Of a stretch of DNA of 64,000 bases, positions 1 to 12,331 are shown piece after piece; positions within the stretch are counted from its first letter, which is position 1, and every line of letters begins with the position of its first letter. This DNA is from Octopus sinensis (taxonomy: Eukaryota): NCBI RefSeq assembly GCF_006345805.1, contig NC_042997.1, forward strand, positions 71,238,001 through 71,302,000, written 5' to 3'. The position numbers were made by a program, and so were the translations under genes. Under the pieces are notes generated by a model. That model was not told the DNA's origin. It searched no databases and was given only the letters and a program-made list of their open reading frames with translations.

Positions 1-279
1 AACTTTATCACTAATGCTTTTTAGAATAACACCTACGCAAATTCAATAAACAAAATATTCTAAAGAAATATTTTCATGAATTGAACAGGGACTGCTACCA
101 TCCACTGACCATTCAAAATACTACTATCATGGTACTCCCAAATTCTTATTCTTCTTCCTCCCCTTCTTCTCCTCCTCCTTCTTCTTTTTCTTCTTCTTCC
201 CTACCAAGAATTCACAAGGACCTCGAACCCACAAGAGTAAACAAGAGACAGAGACAGGCAGAAACAAGGGAAATGCCAC

Positions 280-482
280 TTGTATTTGAACACTATACAA
301 ATATTCTTTAAAAAAAAACTTTTCTTTTAATTTTTCTAAATTTAATTATTTAATTGTTACAGTTGAAAAGTCTCAATGACTGAAACCGGTACTGAAATGT
401 TTTTTATAAAAATATTTTAGCATTTTCTATCTTGATTTGTTTCCATATATTTCAACTCGTGTGTTCCTTTTCATCCTTATAA
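280..482 (+). mobile_element. Penelope-like element 3' end (pLTR) remnant carrying a hammerhead-like motif
   Basis: Contains TTGAAAA-GTC..GAC-T-GAAACCGGTACTG. Its downstream text resembles the copy at 55595-55670 (cattttctatcttgattt vs cattttctaccttatttt). It ends at (TA)n, like the 3' end of the ORF-bearing Penelope at 43766-45344. Confidence 0.5.
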
Positions 483-484
483 TA

Positions 485-665
<181 letters not shown>

Positions 666-1229
666 GATGTGATATAAAAATTCATATGATTTTGCAAGCT
701 TGTGATTGATGCAGTTGTCTTGATTTAGAATATACAAAAGTATGTCTACAAAGAAATGGAAAATTTTCTTGCAGAAAACTTCCTTTAATCAGCCCCAGAT
801 GGACAAAAGAGAAATTTGATCACAGCTAGATTTGAAATCAGAACTTACGAAAATTTAACAGATTACCGGAAAACAAATCTGTCCGTTTTTGTACTTTATG
901 TTGATCGACCGCGCTTATTAATCTATGAATATATATAACAAATAAACCGCATTAACATATTGATTTAGCCAAAATTTTCTAAACTGTAAACTGTTTGAAA
1001 TGGGTGGTGTTGTTGAATCCGCTCTACGTTTGATTCTGACAAATAGTTAACCTTTTCTCAGAAATGTCAAACACTTTGCTAAGATACATTTATTTAATGA
1101 CAAATTACCATTTGTAATATCCAACATTCTTCTGTGTCAATCTTCTTGATCTTTTTCATGATTGACTATTCAAGAGTCATGCACTATAATCAAGCGATTC
1201 ACCCTTTAGATTATGACTAAGCCAATACC

Positions 1230-1985
1230 AAGCTAAAGTGGCTTTAGTAGTCGATGAGTTGGGAGCGCTAAAGACTGGGGTATTGACATTAAATAATGTT
1301 TTCCAGCGTCTCAACATTTTGATGAGATGCAGTCCTCTGTCAAGTGAGGACTAGGTTTTGGCACCTGGTATCTGGAATATTGATAGATGTTTGCAGGTAA
1401 TGTCAACGGAACTATATGAAACCCTTCACTCAATAAATCATTGTACAGTAGACAAGAGCGACGGTGTACAGGTGCGTACACATTTGTAAAGAATAATTGA
1501 AAAGTTTATTTCGGAATACATTCAGCCCTAGGGCTACGGACAACATTCAGACATTTCTGACCTGGATGTTCAGATATCATGTCTACAGAATTTCTCTCCG
1601 AATTGTGTGCAGAGTGACCAAACTGTTGTGTGCACTCTCATTCAATATCCAAGAATTGGCAACTGTGTAGTTTTGTTGAACAGTTCTTTTCGCATAAAAG
1701 TTTGATCAAACTGCAAAATGGTTTTAAAGCCACTCTGCAGCTGGACAGAGTACTTCATGCCTACCCAGTAACTATGGTGTGCACATTAAAAAGATTAAAG
1801 ACAAAATCTTATTCCGCTAAGCACTCATCAACTTCTTCAACTTTAACTTAGAAAGGAAAGTGAGGTTCAAGAAGGAAATGCTGACATCCAGATTTCCCCT
1901 TTCCAGTGAAATTGTTGGAAAGTGGGTGAAAGTAGCAAGCATAGCAAGAGTGAATGGGCCTACTTTCATCATGCATCAGAGAATC
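1230..1985 (+). mobile_element. Degenerate L1/Tx1-clade LINE ORF2 3' remnant
   Basis: Broken frames give TFSPRATDNIQTFLTW, SPNCVQSDQTVVCTLIQYPRI and ALINFFNFNLERKVRF..EIVGKWVKVASIARVNGPTF. These match the C-terminal region seen at 28040-28300 and 54385-54900. Confidence 0.65.
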
Positions 1986-2199
1986 CAGCTGGAAAACAGC
2001 TAGATTTGACAGATATGGTCGTCCAGAATGTGTTAATCTTACTTGTCTGTTACCATATAGGCATGTTTCATTTCTTTTCTCTTGTAATTCCTCATGTCAG
2101 TTCTTTCATACACAATTTTGTATAAACACTCCCAACCGTTTTCCAACTTGACTTTTTAATAACATCACATCCGTGACTTTATTAGTAAACATAGAAATT

Positions 2200-3220
2200 A
2201 TTGTCATTATGAATTGTTCTTTTCAGTTTTGTGTCAATTTCTTGCCATGTGTCTTCCCGACTTCTTATGACAAAAAAACTCACTCTTTAAGCCATTAAAC
2301 TGAACACACCAGATTGATCATTTTCAAAATAAAATGGAGTTGTAGGAACAAAAAAATTAAAACATGTGAGTTGTAATCGTTCTCACATCGACAGTGTTCT
2401 CAATACGTGTGACGTACCAGTTAAGACAATCTTTTGCAATTCTTACAGGGATGATAAGGGATAGTAATAATTTTCACTTCATTTTTGATCATTCCATGTG
2501 CTCCTACAATCAGTGGTGCAGTAAGCACCCTGCGATGCCAATTTTTTTCAATTTCAATGAACAAAGCCTTATTCCTGAGCCTGTCAAATTCTTTTGCCGA
2601 GATATGTCACAAAGAATACTCATGTCGATCAATAAACAAACTTTATTGTTTGGTCTTTCACAATAACCAGTTTATTAGCTCTCATGGTTCTGTCTGTACA
2701 TACAGTTACAGCCTCAGGGTGGCGCTTATACCATTTCTCAACAGTATTAATTTTATAACACCGACATATTAACCAGTGTATATATTGGACAAATCTGTCT
2801 TGTCTTCAATTATACTCCACTGGTGCCAAACCTTTCCATCCAGATATTACGTGGTCCACTGCTTCAATAACATCATTGCAGAATCTACTCCAATTTTTAT
2901 CGCGTTCTAATCTTGAGCAGCTAAGATGAAACCTTCGATCTCCACTTTTAGTCCTGAGCTCCGTAGCCACTGGCGGTTGTGCTTCTGGTTTACATCAGCT
3001 TGTTTGCTACGGGCCACGTATTTGCTATACTGAGGTTTCTCCTCTCACCTATCAATCAACTGCTCACGCACATTCTCTTTGCCATTAATTTCAACTTCTT
3101 TGCAACATCTACCGGACTTCCCTCAAGGTTGTTCAGCTTGGGTATCATGCATAAGATCAGCAGTAAATTTTTGGTCTCCTTTATGACAGAATGAAACTCC
3201 TTACGCCTCTCGTGATTGTC
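2200..3220 (-). mobile_element. R4/Dong-clade LINE, 5'-truncated (copy A)
   Basis: Minus-strand motifs NHERRKEFHSVIKE, WLRSSGLKVEIEGFILAAQD, KVCLLIDMSI, PLIVGAHGMI and KIVLTGTSHVLRTLSM* cover the thumb region and the restriction-like endonuclease. The 3' boundary is approximate. Confidence 0.8.
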
Positions 3221-3260
3221 ATCATCATCATCATTATCATCATCGTCGTCGTCGTCGTCG

Positions 3261-3300
<40 letters not shown>

Positions 3301-3301
3301 T
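3219..3301. repeat. (ATC)n/(GTC)n microsatellite between LINE copies A and B
   Basis: Directly visible. Confidence 0.95.
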
Positions 3302-4695
3302 CAGTATTTTTATTTTTATAACGCGCTTTCACTTCACTACCGAGCGCGGCTTTGTGTGCCTTGGGTATGTGTTGTGATTTGTTGTGATGCTCTGATGGCT
3401 ACTGTATTGAAAGTGTTCTGCGTAGGATGTGTGCAGTACATAGTAGTGCAATTTTCTGTATGTTATATGTGTTTGTAAGTCCTGGTGTTTTTGCTACGTA
3501 TTTGTCTGAATATTTTTTTATCAGGCCTAATGCACCTACTATGACAAGAATTGTTTCTGTTTTTAGATTTCACATTCTAGTTACCTCTATTTCCAGATCT
3601 TTATATTTTGAAAGTTTCTCCATTTCTTTTAGAGACACGTTGTCATCTGCTGGTATTGATACATCAATTAGAAAGCATTATTATTTTTTTTTCCTTCATG
3701 ATCTCTGACAACCATGTCTGGTCTGTCGGCCTTAGGTTCTCTATCAGTGTGTATTGGTATATCCCAGAGCATAGTTGCTTTCTCGTTTTCTGTGACCTTT
3801 TCTGGTGTGTGCCCGTACCATCTTTTTTTCTGTTGTTATTTCATGTTGGCATAGCTTCCAGTGTATGTAGGTCCCATCTCTGTCGTGTCTGTGAATATAT
3901 TCCTTCTTAGCCAGGACTGGGTAGCCAGAGATAATATGATTTATTGTTTCTTGTCTATCTCCACATATTCTGCAATTACTTGTTATATTTCTTTTCATTA
4001 CATGTTTTGCTAATTTCTGGTGGGGAATCTTTGGTCTTGTGCTGCAATTAAAAATCCCTCTGTCTCTGCTTTGAGTCCTGAGCTTCTTAAGCATTGCTGG
4101 GACTTTTCTTTGTCTATTTCTTTTGCATTTAGTTTAGTCCAGTACTTGTCTTGAAGGGGCTTTTCTTGCCATCGTTTTATCATGGTTCTTTGCTGTTCTA
4201 GTTTTAGTTTTGATTTCATTTGTTTTATAGCTTTTGGTGTGTTTTCTTCTTCTTCTTCTTCTTCTTCTTCTTCTTCTTCTTCTTCTTCTTCTTCTTCTTC
4301 TTCTTCTTCTTCTTCTTCTTCTTCTTCTTCTTCTTCTTCTCCTTCTTCTTCTTCTTCTTCTTCTTCATATCTGTTAGGTGGTATGAATTCTTGTTTGTAT
4401 TTGTCAGCTTCCTTAAATACTGAGAACAATTTTTTGTGTTGCTCGTGTTTTACCGCTATTTGTATCAGTTTTCCTCGCTTCTGAAGTAGGTATTTTTGCA
4501 GTCCTATGGTGGTTATTTTAGACTAGTTTTCCAGCCTTCTATACGTCGTATATATAGCCTTTCTATGTCAGATTTTGGGTGACCTCTTTAGTCGTTATGG
4601 GGGTCCAAAGTTGCTCAGATGCTAAGTTTGTAGCTCAGTGATATTGCTATTTGTTTCAGTGGCTATTAGTTCCGTGATGGCTAGGTTTATGCTAT
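3302..4695 (-). mobile_element. R4/Dong-clade LINE, 5'-truncated with 3' end (copy B)
   Basis: ORFs 4010-4429 and 3744-4094 give LRSSGLKAETEGFLIAAQDQ and the CRICGDRQETINHIISG..KKEYIHRHD CCHC region. The RLE and 3' UTR follow, and HPKSDIERLY lies upstream. Confidence 0.9.
4244..4366. repeat. (TTC)n/(GAA)n microsatellite in-frame inside LINE copy B
   Basis: Encodes an approximately 40-residue poly-Glu run within ORF 4010-4429. Confidence 0.95.
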
Positions 4696-4789
4696 TTAAT
4701 ATTTATTATTATTATTATTATTGTAATTGTTGTTGTTATCATTATTATTATTACTGTTATTGTTATTGTTGGTGTTTGTTCTGGTGAGA

Positions 4790-7204
4790 GTGGACAGAAG
4801 CCTGCTACCAGAGGTCTCACAGGATCTCTTTCCACACATCATAAGCTTTGATTCTTGATTGTTAATTATCATGGAAAACATTCAGCATCCAAGAACCAAT
4901 CTCAAAATCCTAGTGGTCCCCAACAGATAGGTTTTGGGGGCTTGTTTTGCTCTCATGTCAATTCCGATTTCTTTGACATATTTCTCGAACTTGGTTGTTT
5001 GTGCTCCGAATGCCCGTACAACTATTGCAATGACTGATACTCTCCTAATAGTCCACATTCTTGCAATTTTGTCTGTACTTTTCAATATTTGTCACATATG
5101 CGTGCATCTCCATATATTGCAATATCTATGATCTTGGTTTCTTTTTTTCGTTTATCAACCGAGCCTCGACCAGGGAGTCAGCTGGAATTGTAAAATTCCA
5201 CAGTATCTTATGTTCCTTGTTCTCGGTGACTCCTTCTGGTTCATGTTCGTATCATTTCCGTGCTCTGTTCAGGCTGTGCATAGCCTCCCGTGGACGAACT
5301 TAGCCATGTTATTGTTTACTCTTTTTTCTTCTTGTTTCTTAAATTTTTGTTGGTGCATCACATTTTCGGTAGGTATTATATTGTTAATTCTAACAGCGGT
5401 AAGCAAGGATTCACACTGCTGTTTGATCTACCATCCCAGACTGTTCTTGTCGTTGACAACACAGATCTTGCATCCTATGAGACCTCTTCCACTCCTGTTT
5501 CTAGGCACATGCAGTCTGTCAGTATCACATTTGGGCTGTAGTCTCTTGTTAATTTCCTCACTTTTCTAGTTTGCCTCTTCGTATTATAAGCATACCACAA
5601 TTTTTTGTCCCAAATTCCATTCCGATATCCTTACTTAATATCTGATCCGTTGAGGCCATTTATTTCTCGTTCGGTCTTTCCAAAAATCTTTAAATCATTC
5701 ATATATAACAGATGATTTAATTTTCCTCCACTTTACAAAGTGTACTCCATAGTATCTGTGTCAGGGGTATCATACAACTCACAAACATCAATGGTAATAG
5801 GCTGTCTCGTTGAAATATGCCTCTCTTGATGTTAAAATTCACCAAAACTTTTCCACATAAAGTTAACTCTGTATTCCTGTTTTTCATTGATCTCCTAATA
5901 AAATTTGATATGTTATCAAACACGTGTACCAGCTCAAGACTTTCTAAAATCCAGGAATTGGGAACGTCATACGCATTCTTACAATCGATCCATGCCATGC
6001 CCAGATTAGTAAGTCTCTTTTTTTGCAGTTGTTCAGTACCATTCTGTATATCAAAAGTTTGTCTTTTGTCTTCGGCTTTTCCTTTTGCACCATTTCTAAT
6101 CCACTGGCAGTTTGTCATTCATTCCCAGGAAGTTATACACATAATTAGATGTTATTCCTGTCATCAGCTTCCACATTAGGGGCAGACAGGTGATAGGCCG
6201 GTAATTATCTACTCCATTTCTTCTGCAAGGGATCTTTTTGGCAAAGAATTGTTTCACCTGTGGTCAGCCTCTTAAGGATTTGTACACCTTTGTTGATCAT
6301 TTTATCCATTTGCGTGGCTATTCTTTTGTGTAGTGCTGGAAATTTACCCCATCTGATTCTGGGCATTTCTAGTTTGGAATCTTTGTTGTCTGCCTGGTTG
6401 CAATTTCAATCGTCATTCTGATATTGCTCTATTTCACTTGATATTTTTCCGACCTTAATTTCTTCAACCATTTAGAATCCTTGTTATGTTTTCTTCCATT
6501 ATCTCAGATGTTACTCCAAAACCTTCTACTTTCTTCAGTGTCTGATCTCTCACTGCTGTTAACCTTTCCATTCAGCTGTTGATTAAACCCTTTTGTGGTC
6601 TTGTTGGAACAATCTGTTGATTTTACATTGTTCAATTCTTTGGTCATATCTCTTGATTTTTGTCCCTTTAGCCTGTTTCAGCTCTTCATGAACTACATTT
6701 AACCCCATTTTCTTTATCCTATATCTACGTTCTAGTTTCTGTTATTTCTCCTCTCTCTTGATTTCACCTTTTGTTTTTCTTTCAGAGTTGTTGATATGTT
6801 ATCGTAGTTCGTTCGTTGATTGTTTTATTCTTCCTTTCAGACAAAGTTCTTTTCCTTCATTCCCACATTTACGGTTTGGTTCGAGACCTACTTTAATTCC
6901 TATGTAGATGATGCAGGCCTTAATCAATCTATCCATTTCGTTTATATTATTTGTCTTAATTTCTTTCAGTATTTTGTTTCCCTTCAGGGTCCACCCCTTG
7001 AGCAAATTTCTATCTACTCTTCTGAATCCATTTCTTTCCATTTCCAGGTTTTTCTCAATGATACTAGTTATGACTTCGATCATTCCTTTTTTTTCAATAT
7101 TTAGTCCTCTGTACTCAGGACTTGAGATATTATACTTCTCCTGATTACTCTCATTAAGTGCAGTATCGTCATCATTCCCTGTATCTACTTCTGCATCGCT
7201 CTCG
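4790..7204 (-). mobile_element. R4/Dong-clade LINE, degenerate, longest copy (copy C)
   Basis: RT motifs LGMAWIDCKNAYD and IKRGIFQRDSLLPLMF (5717-6118), an N-terminal region (6799-7083), and the RLE end VIAIVVRAFG..LLGTTRILRLVL (4882-5085). Flanked by (TAA)-type repeats on both sides. Confidence 0.88.
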
Positions 7205-7225
7205 TTATTATTATTATTATTATTA

Positions 7226-7311
<86 letters not shown>

Positions 7312-7415
7312 TTAATATTATTATTATTATTATTGTTGTTGTTGTTGTTGTTGTTATTATTATTATTATTATTAATGTTGTTGTTGTTGTTGTTGTTATT
7401 ATTATTATTATCATT
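7205..7415. repeat. Compound (TTA)n/(TAG)n/(TTG)n microsatellite
   Basis: Directly visible. Confidence 0.97.
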
Positions 7416-7416
7416 T

Positions 7417-8022
7417 TTAATAGGTAAAAGTGCACCGGAGTCTTTAGTCATTTGTCAAGTCACAAGGACCTCAGACAAATAATACTTTCCTTAAGATGTG
7501 CACTGTGCCCAATAAGGCTGCCTTTTGCTAGACATCAATCTTGCATGGGATTTCCAGTTGCCTTAAGAAATTTTGAAGTTTTAATGGGATTGAGCCCAAC
7601 GCTCCGATCACCACTAGTATCACTTTTACATTATCCTCTCGCATTCCATATAGTCTTGCCATTCCCACTTTCAGTTCGTTGTACTTGGTTATTTTTCAAC
7701 CTCTTTACTCACAACATTCATGTCATTTGGTATGGCTACATCAATGATCTGACAGTATTTGTCTTTCTTATTCAGTATGACAATATCCGACCGACGGTGT
7801 TCGATTACACGATCCGTCTGAAAATCATAGTCCCAGAGTATCGTTACTTTTCCATCCTCCTCCATAACTTTACTTGGTACATGCTCATACTAGTTCTCTG
7901 TTAATCCATATTGGTATTTACAGCATAAGAGCCAATGAAGATACACACACACGTTATCATGGCGGCGCTTGTATTCTTTTTGTGCAAAGACCTAACATCC
8001 ACTTACCAAGTGGTTCACATTA
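7417..8022 (-). mobile_element. R4/Dong-clade LINE 3' fragment (copy D)
   Basis: Minus-strand HLVSGC, KEYKRRHDN, KVTILWDYDFQTDRVIEHRRSDIVIL and KAALLGTVHILRKVL, followed by a short 3' UTR and an (AAT)n tail. Confidence 0.85.
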
Positions 8023-8051
8023 TTGTTTTTATTATTATTATTGAGAGAGAG

Positions 8052-8530
8052 AGAGAGAGAGAGCAGTGCATGCCATCAAAGTGACACTGGGGTACAATCA
8101 TACAAAGCCCAGTATACCCATCATGACTACCCGCCTGATAAGGGTACACTAAGCACATGCATCACAACCATATGTGCGCGACATGGTGATCTCATAACAA
8201 GATAAACAGCGCATGACCTTGTGGGTGGGGTCCAGTTAGAATTTTCTTCTGGTTGAGTAGCCCATCCCGCTCAAAAGGTCCCTGAATAAGGGTTGTTTAA
8301 GGATGTTGAACAAAGCACCCATGTTTCCAAAGGTGAATTATTCAAACCCCAAAGAACTCCTCTCAACACATGGCTATGATGCTTCCCCACTACTTCTGCT
8401 CGTGATCAGAGATGCACGTATCGTCAGCCACTAAGGGACGTGCTCAACTGGTTAAGATCAAACAACTGATAAGCAAATCTGTGGTATTGAGCAGAATATT
8501 TGCTGTAGCCCATCTTTTATACCAAGACAT
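8052..8530 (-). mobile_element. Non-coding ~480-bp SINE-like or unclassified interspersed repeat
   Basis: Higher-GC island with no coding frame, bounded by (TTA)n on the right and (GA)n plus (TTA)n on the left. It resembles an abundant octopus repeat as I recall it, but only one copy is present in this window. Confidence 0.5.
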
Positions 8531-8532
8531 TA

Positions 8533-8603
<71 letters not shown>

Positions 8604-8639
8604 TATTATTATTATTTTTATTATTACTTTTATTATTAT

Positions 8640-8812
8640 TCAGTAGTTTTATTTTTATAGCGTGCTTTCACTTCACTACCGAGCGTGTGCCTTGGGTATG
8701 TGCTGTGATTTTTTGTGATGTTCTGATGGTTACTGTAGGATGTGTGCAGTGCCTAGTAGTGCAATTGTCTGTATGTTATATGTGTTTGTAAGACCTGGTG
8801 TTTTTGTTATTT
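8640..8812 (-). mobile_element. R4/Dong LINE 3' tip (copy E, same subfamily as B)
   Basis: Near-colinear with 3310-3500 (ctttcacttcactaccgagcg..tgtgccttgggtatg..ctggtgtttttg). (TAA)n lies on both sides. Confidence 0.85.
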
Positions 8813-8845
8813 ATAATAATAATAATAATTATTATTATTATTATT

Positions 8846-8905
<60 letters not shown>

Positions 8906-8926
8906 TTCATCATCATCATCATCATT

Positions 8927-10808
8927 AGCTTTTGCTTTGTATTTGTACAAGTGGACTCCAAGTCTGACACAGAGACCTCAAGAGATAACAAGTTAGAAGT
9001 TCAAGTTGGTGTTATGCCTTGGGGGTCATATATTTTGTTTTGCACATAGTATTGTTTTAGAGAATGTTTAAGAAAACAAGAAAATTACAAGTTTGTTTTA
9101 AAATTTGATATTACATTGACAGTATTTTACGTAGGATATGGACAGTTCCCATGAGCGCTGTATGTTTTGAATTTCTGCCATTTTGGGGTTTCCCGGTATC
9201 TGAGCTAGATAGAAATCAGCGCCTTTTGCTATCATTCCTAAGGCACCTATGACAATAAGTATTGTTTTAGCCTTGAGGTTCCACATTTTGCTAATTTCTA
9301 TATCAAGTTCTTTATAACTTGCTCAGTTTTTGGTAGGCCTTGACAGATACATTTATGTCGAATAAATGTCAAATAAATGAGGAGGTATGGTTTTTGTCTG
9401 AAGTCCTTCAATATAATGTCTGGCCTATTCGCATCTATGTTTCTGTTAGTTTGGACGGTGAAGTTCCAGAGGAGTAAGATGTGATCATTTTCAAGCACTG
9501 GAGGTGATTTGTATTCCCAACAGTTTTTCGTATGGGGCTGGTCCAGGTTTTTGCAAATTATGCAGTAAATATACTGTTATGCTCTATCATGCCAGTTGAG
9601 ATACTCTGTAGGCACAAGAAGATCGCACACGGAGGCAACATGATCAATGGCTTCATTTTGTTGTTTACATACACGATATGTTGGGCTACTGCTGTTCTTC
9701 ATTAATATGTTGACCTGGTAGTTCCTTATAAGTAGGCATAGATCTTCGGCTGCTATGATAAACACTTCTGTTTCTGATTTTAAGCTAGAGGGCAAGAACC
9801 ATTGATGGGCAAGGGCTTTGTCAACATCGGTATTATTAGCTCTCTTTGAGTATTTGCCATTGAGAAGTTTTTCTTGCCATTTATCAGTAAAAATATCCAA
9901 GGCAGCAGTTTTAGCACGGCTTTTCATACGCTTAGCTTTTTCTGTACTTGTTTCCAGTACATCTAATTCTTGGATTTGTTGTACTTGGAATTCACTTAGA
10001 TATTCTTTGCCTGTTTTGTTACTGAGTATGAAGCTTTCTTCTTTCATGAAAGTTTTTAGGTAGGTGTTGAAGCCAATTTTGGCGATCTTCATTGTTAGTT
10101 CCAGTTGTAAAATTCCACGGCCACTCTCTTTTCATGGCAGGTAATGTCGTTCTATATTTTCCTTAGGGTGGTGCATTCTATGTATTGTTAACAATTATCG
10201 CAATTACGATTACATATTTCAGTAACTGACCAGTTAATGATATTGAAACTGTACGTCACGACCGGTATTACTAAAGTATTGATCGCTTCAATCTTGTTTC
10301 TTGCATTCAGCTGTCTTGAGTATTGCCCTTACCCCGCGATAACATTCTCTTCTGGTCCTTTCCCACATCATTGAATGTTTGATTCTATCGCCTTCAAATA
10401 CCCCTAGGTGTTTGTAGCTCTCCGCTAGTTCTAACTCCTTTATGACATTCTGCTGCTCAAGATTAACGTCGGATGTATCTGTCATTTTTCTTTTGATAAA
10501 AGTACCTTTTGCATAATTGTCGAGGTCAGCAATTGCTAGTAAGCCCTGTTGTTGCTGGTAATTTTTTGCAAAGAGCTTCAAATCATCCATGTAAAAGAGA
10601 TGATTTATATTTTTATCAAACATTTTATAGTCATATTGTACATCATCGAGCAATTTCGCGAGAGGCGTTTAGGAAAAAAAAATAAAAAAGAAGTGATTAT
10701 AGAGTCACCCTGCAAAATGCCACTTGAAATTCTTACATCTCCAGCATTGAGAGGTTCATTGCAATTGTTCGAACCAGTATGTTTCTCTATGATCTCATAC
10801 TTACAGAC
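8927..10808 (-). mobile_element. R4/Dong-clade LINE, 5'-truncated (copy F)
   Basis: ISSGILQGDS, INHLFYMDDLKLFAK (YMDD), CRVCKQQNEAIDHVASVC, LLWNFTVQTNRNIDANRPDII and IVIGALGMI, then a 3' UTR and a (GAT)/(AAT) tail. Confidence 0.92.
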
Positions 10809-10809
10809 A

Positions 10810-10865
<56 letters not shown>

Positions 10866-10875
10866 TATTATTTTC

Positions 10876-12331
10876 ATTAGCATCTTTCAATTCTGCCGAG
10901 TGTTTTCCTGACACCTAGGGCAGAGAAATCTTACATCCAAAGTTTAGGTGGTCTACTGTTTCTATCCAATCGTTGCAGCATCGGCATTTTGGGTCTACAC
11001 CATTTTTCATCACATTGACTTGATAGTTCTGGGTCAATAAGCTCTGATCTTGGGCGGCCAAGGTAAAGCTTTCACTCTAAAGCCTTTAGCCCTTAGCTCC
11101 GTAGCCACATATGGGTGTGCCTCTGGTCTACATCATCTTGTTTATTACGGGCAGCATATTAGCCATGCAGAGGATTTTGTTCCCACTTATCAGCCAATTG
11201 TTCAAACGCATTTTGATTTGCTATTGATTTCACCTTGTTTGCAACCACAGTTGCCTCCCTTCCATCATGCTCTTCAACCTTAGCATTTTACATATATTCA
11301 CTTGAAAATTTTTTGCTCTCCTTCATAACAGAATGAAGCTTCTTACGTCTTTCATGGTTTTCAAGGAGCTTTAGCATCCAGTCGTTAGATGTTTCAAGAT
11401 ATTTTGCCAATCCAGTTGTTATGGTTTTGTAGATTTCAAATTGGCTCAAGCATTGACCTCCTTGAGCTCTGGGTAGGTAAAGACGATCTGCATCTGCTTT
11501 TTGGTGGGGCATTTTATTGCAAGTGAGCAGCTTACAGATTTTCCGGTCAATCTTCCTTATTTCGCTCATATTCCACTTTAACACATTGAAACCGTAAATG
11601 ACAACCGGAACAGCTAAGGAATTTATGGCTAACACCTTGTTACGTACATTTAACTCGGATTTTAGGACTGCTTGTACTCTCCTGTTATACTCCTTCCTAA
11701 TCTTCTCTTTCGTACTTGAATTCTGAATGCGAGAGCCCTCATTTATTCCAAGGTATTTGTAAGTTTGTCCTGCTCGAGTTCTTTTATGAGTGTCAACATC
11801 CAACACCACTGAATGTGAGGTCTTCATTTTCCCTTTCTGGAATGTAGCTTTGGCACATTTATCAAGACTAAATTCCATCCCGATGTTATCACTGAATTCT
11901 TTCACAGTACGTAGTAGTCCTTCAGGCTAATTATCGCCTTTGCCTTAGAGTTTTAAGTTGTCCATATAAAATAGATGTCCCCAATTTTATATCCACACCT
12001 TCTTCAGTTGAGTTCACTTGTATGGGCTATGCACAAAATTAAAGATGAAAGTGAGTCACCATGGAAAGTGCTGCAGTGGATATTAATAGTTTTTATGGTC
12101 AGTACTCCATTAGAGTGGCATAACTGGAGATTCGTATTCGACATTTACATTGAAATCACAGGAGTAATTTTGAAGATATCCAGCGAATGCCTTTTTATAA
12201 TGAATCCATGCAGAACTGAGATTTCTGCGTTTGTTGTGGCAGTTCTCAAGGCTCATGCGATTAAGAGTTGGTCTTTGCATGCATATGAGCCTCGTCGGCA
12301 CCCTTTTTGTTTAGTGGGAAAATATATTGTT
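10876..12331 (-). mobile_element. R4/Dong-clade LINE, truncated at both ends (copy G)
   Basis: KQKGCRRGSYACKDQLL, SAWIHYKKAF and ORF 11288-11905 (IGMEFSLDKCA..YKYLGI..ADADRLYLPRAQGG). It ends in the CCHC region at (AAT)n. Confidence 0.9.

Noticed and set aside
7417-12331. Idea that LINE copies G and D are one element split by nested insertions
   Set aside because: They overlap by about 25 codons in the CCHC region, and D's endonuclease sequence differs from the A/F/G-type subfamily.
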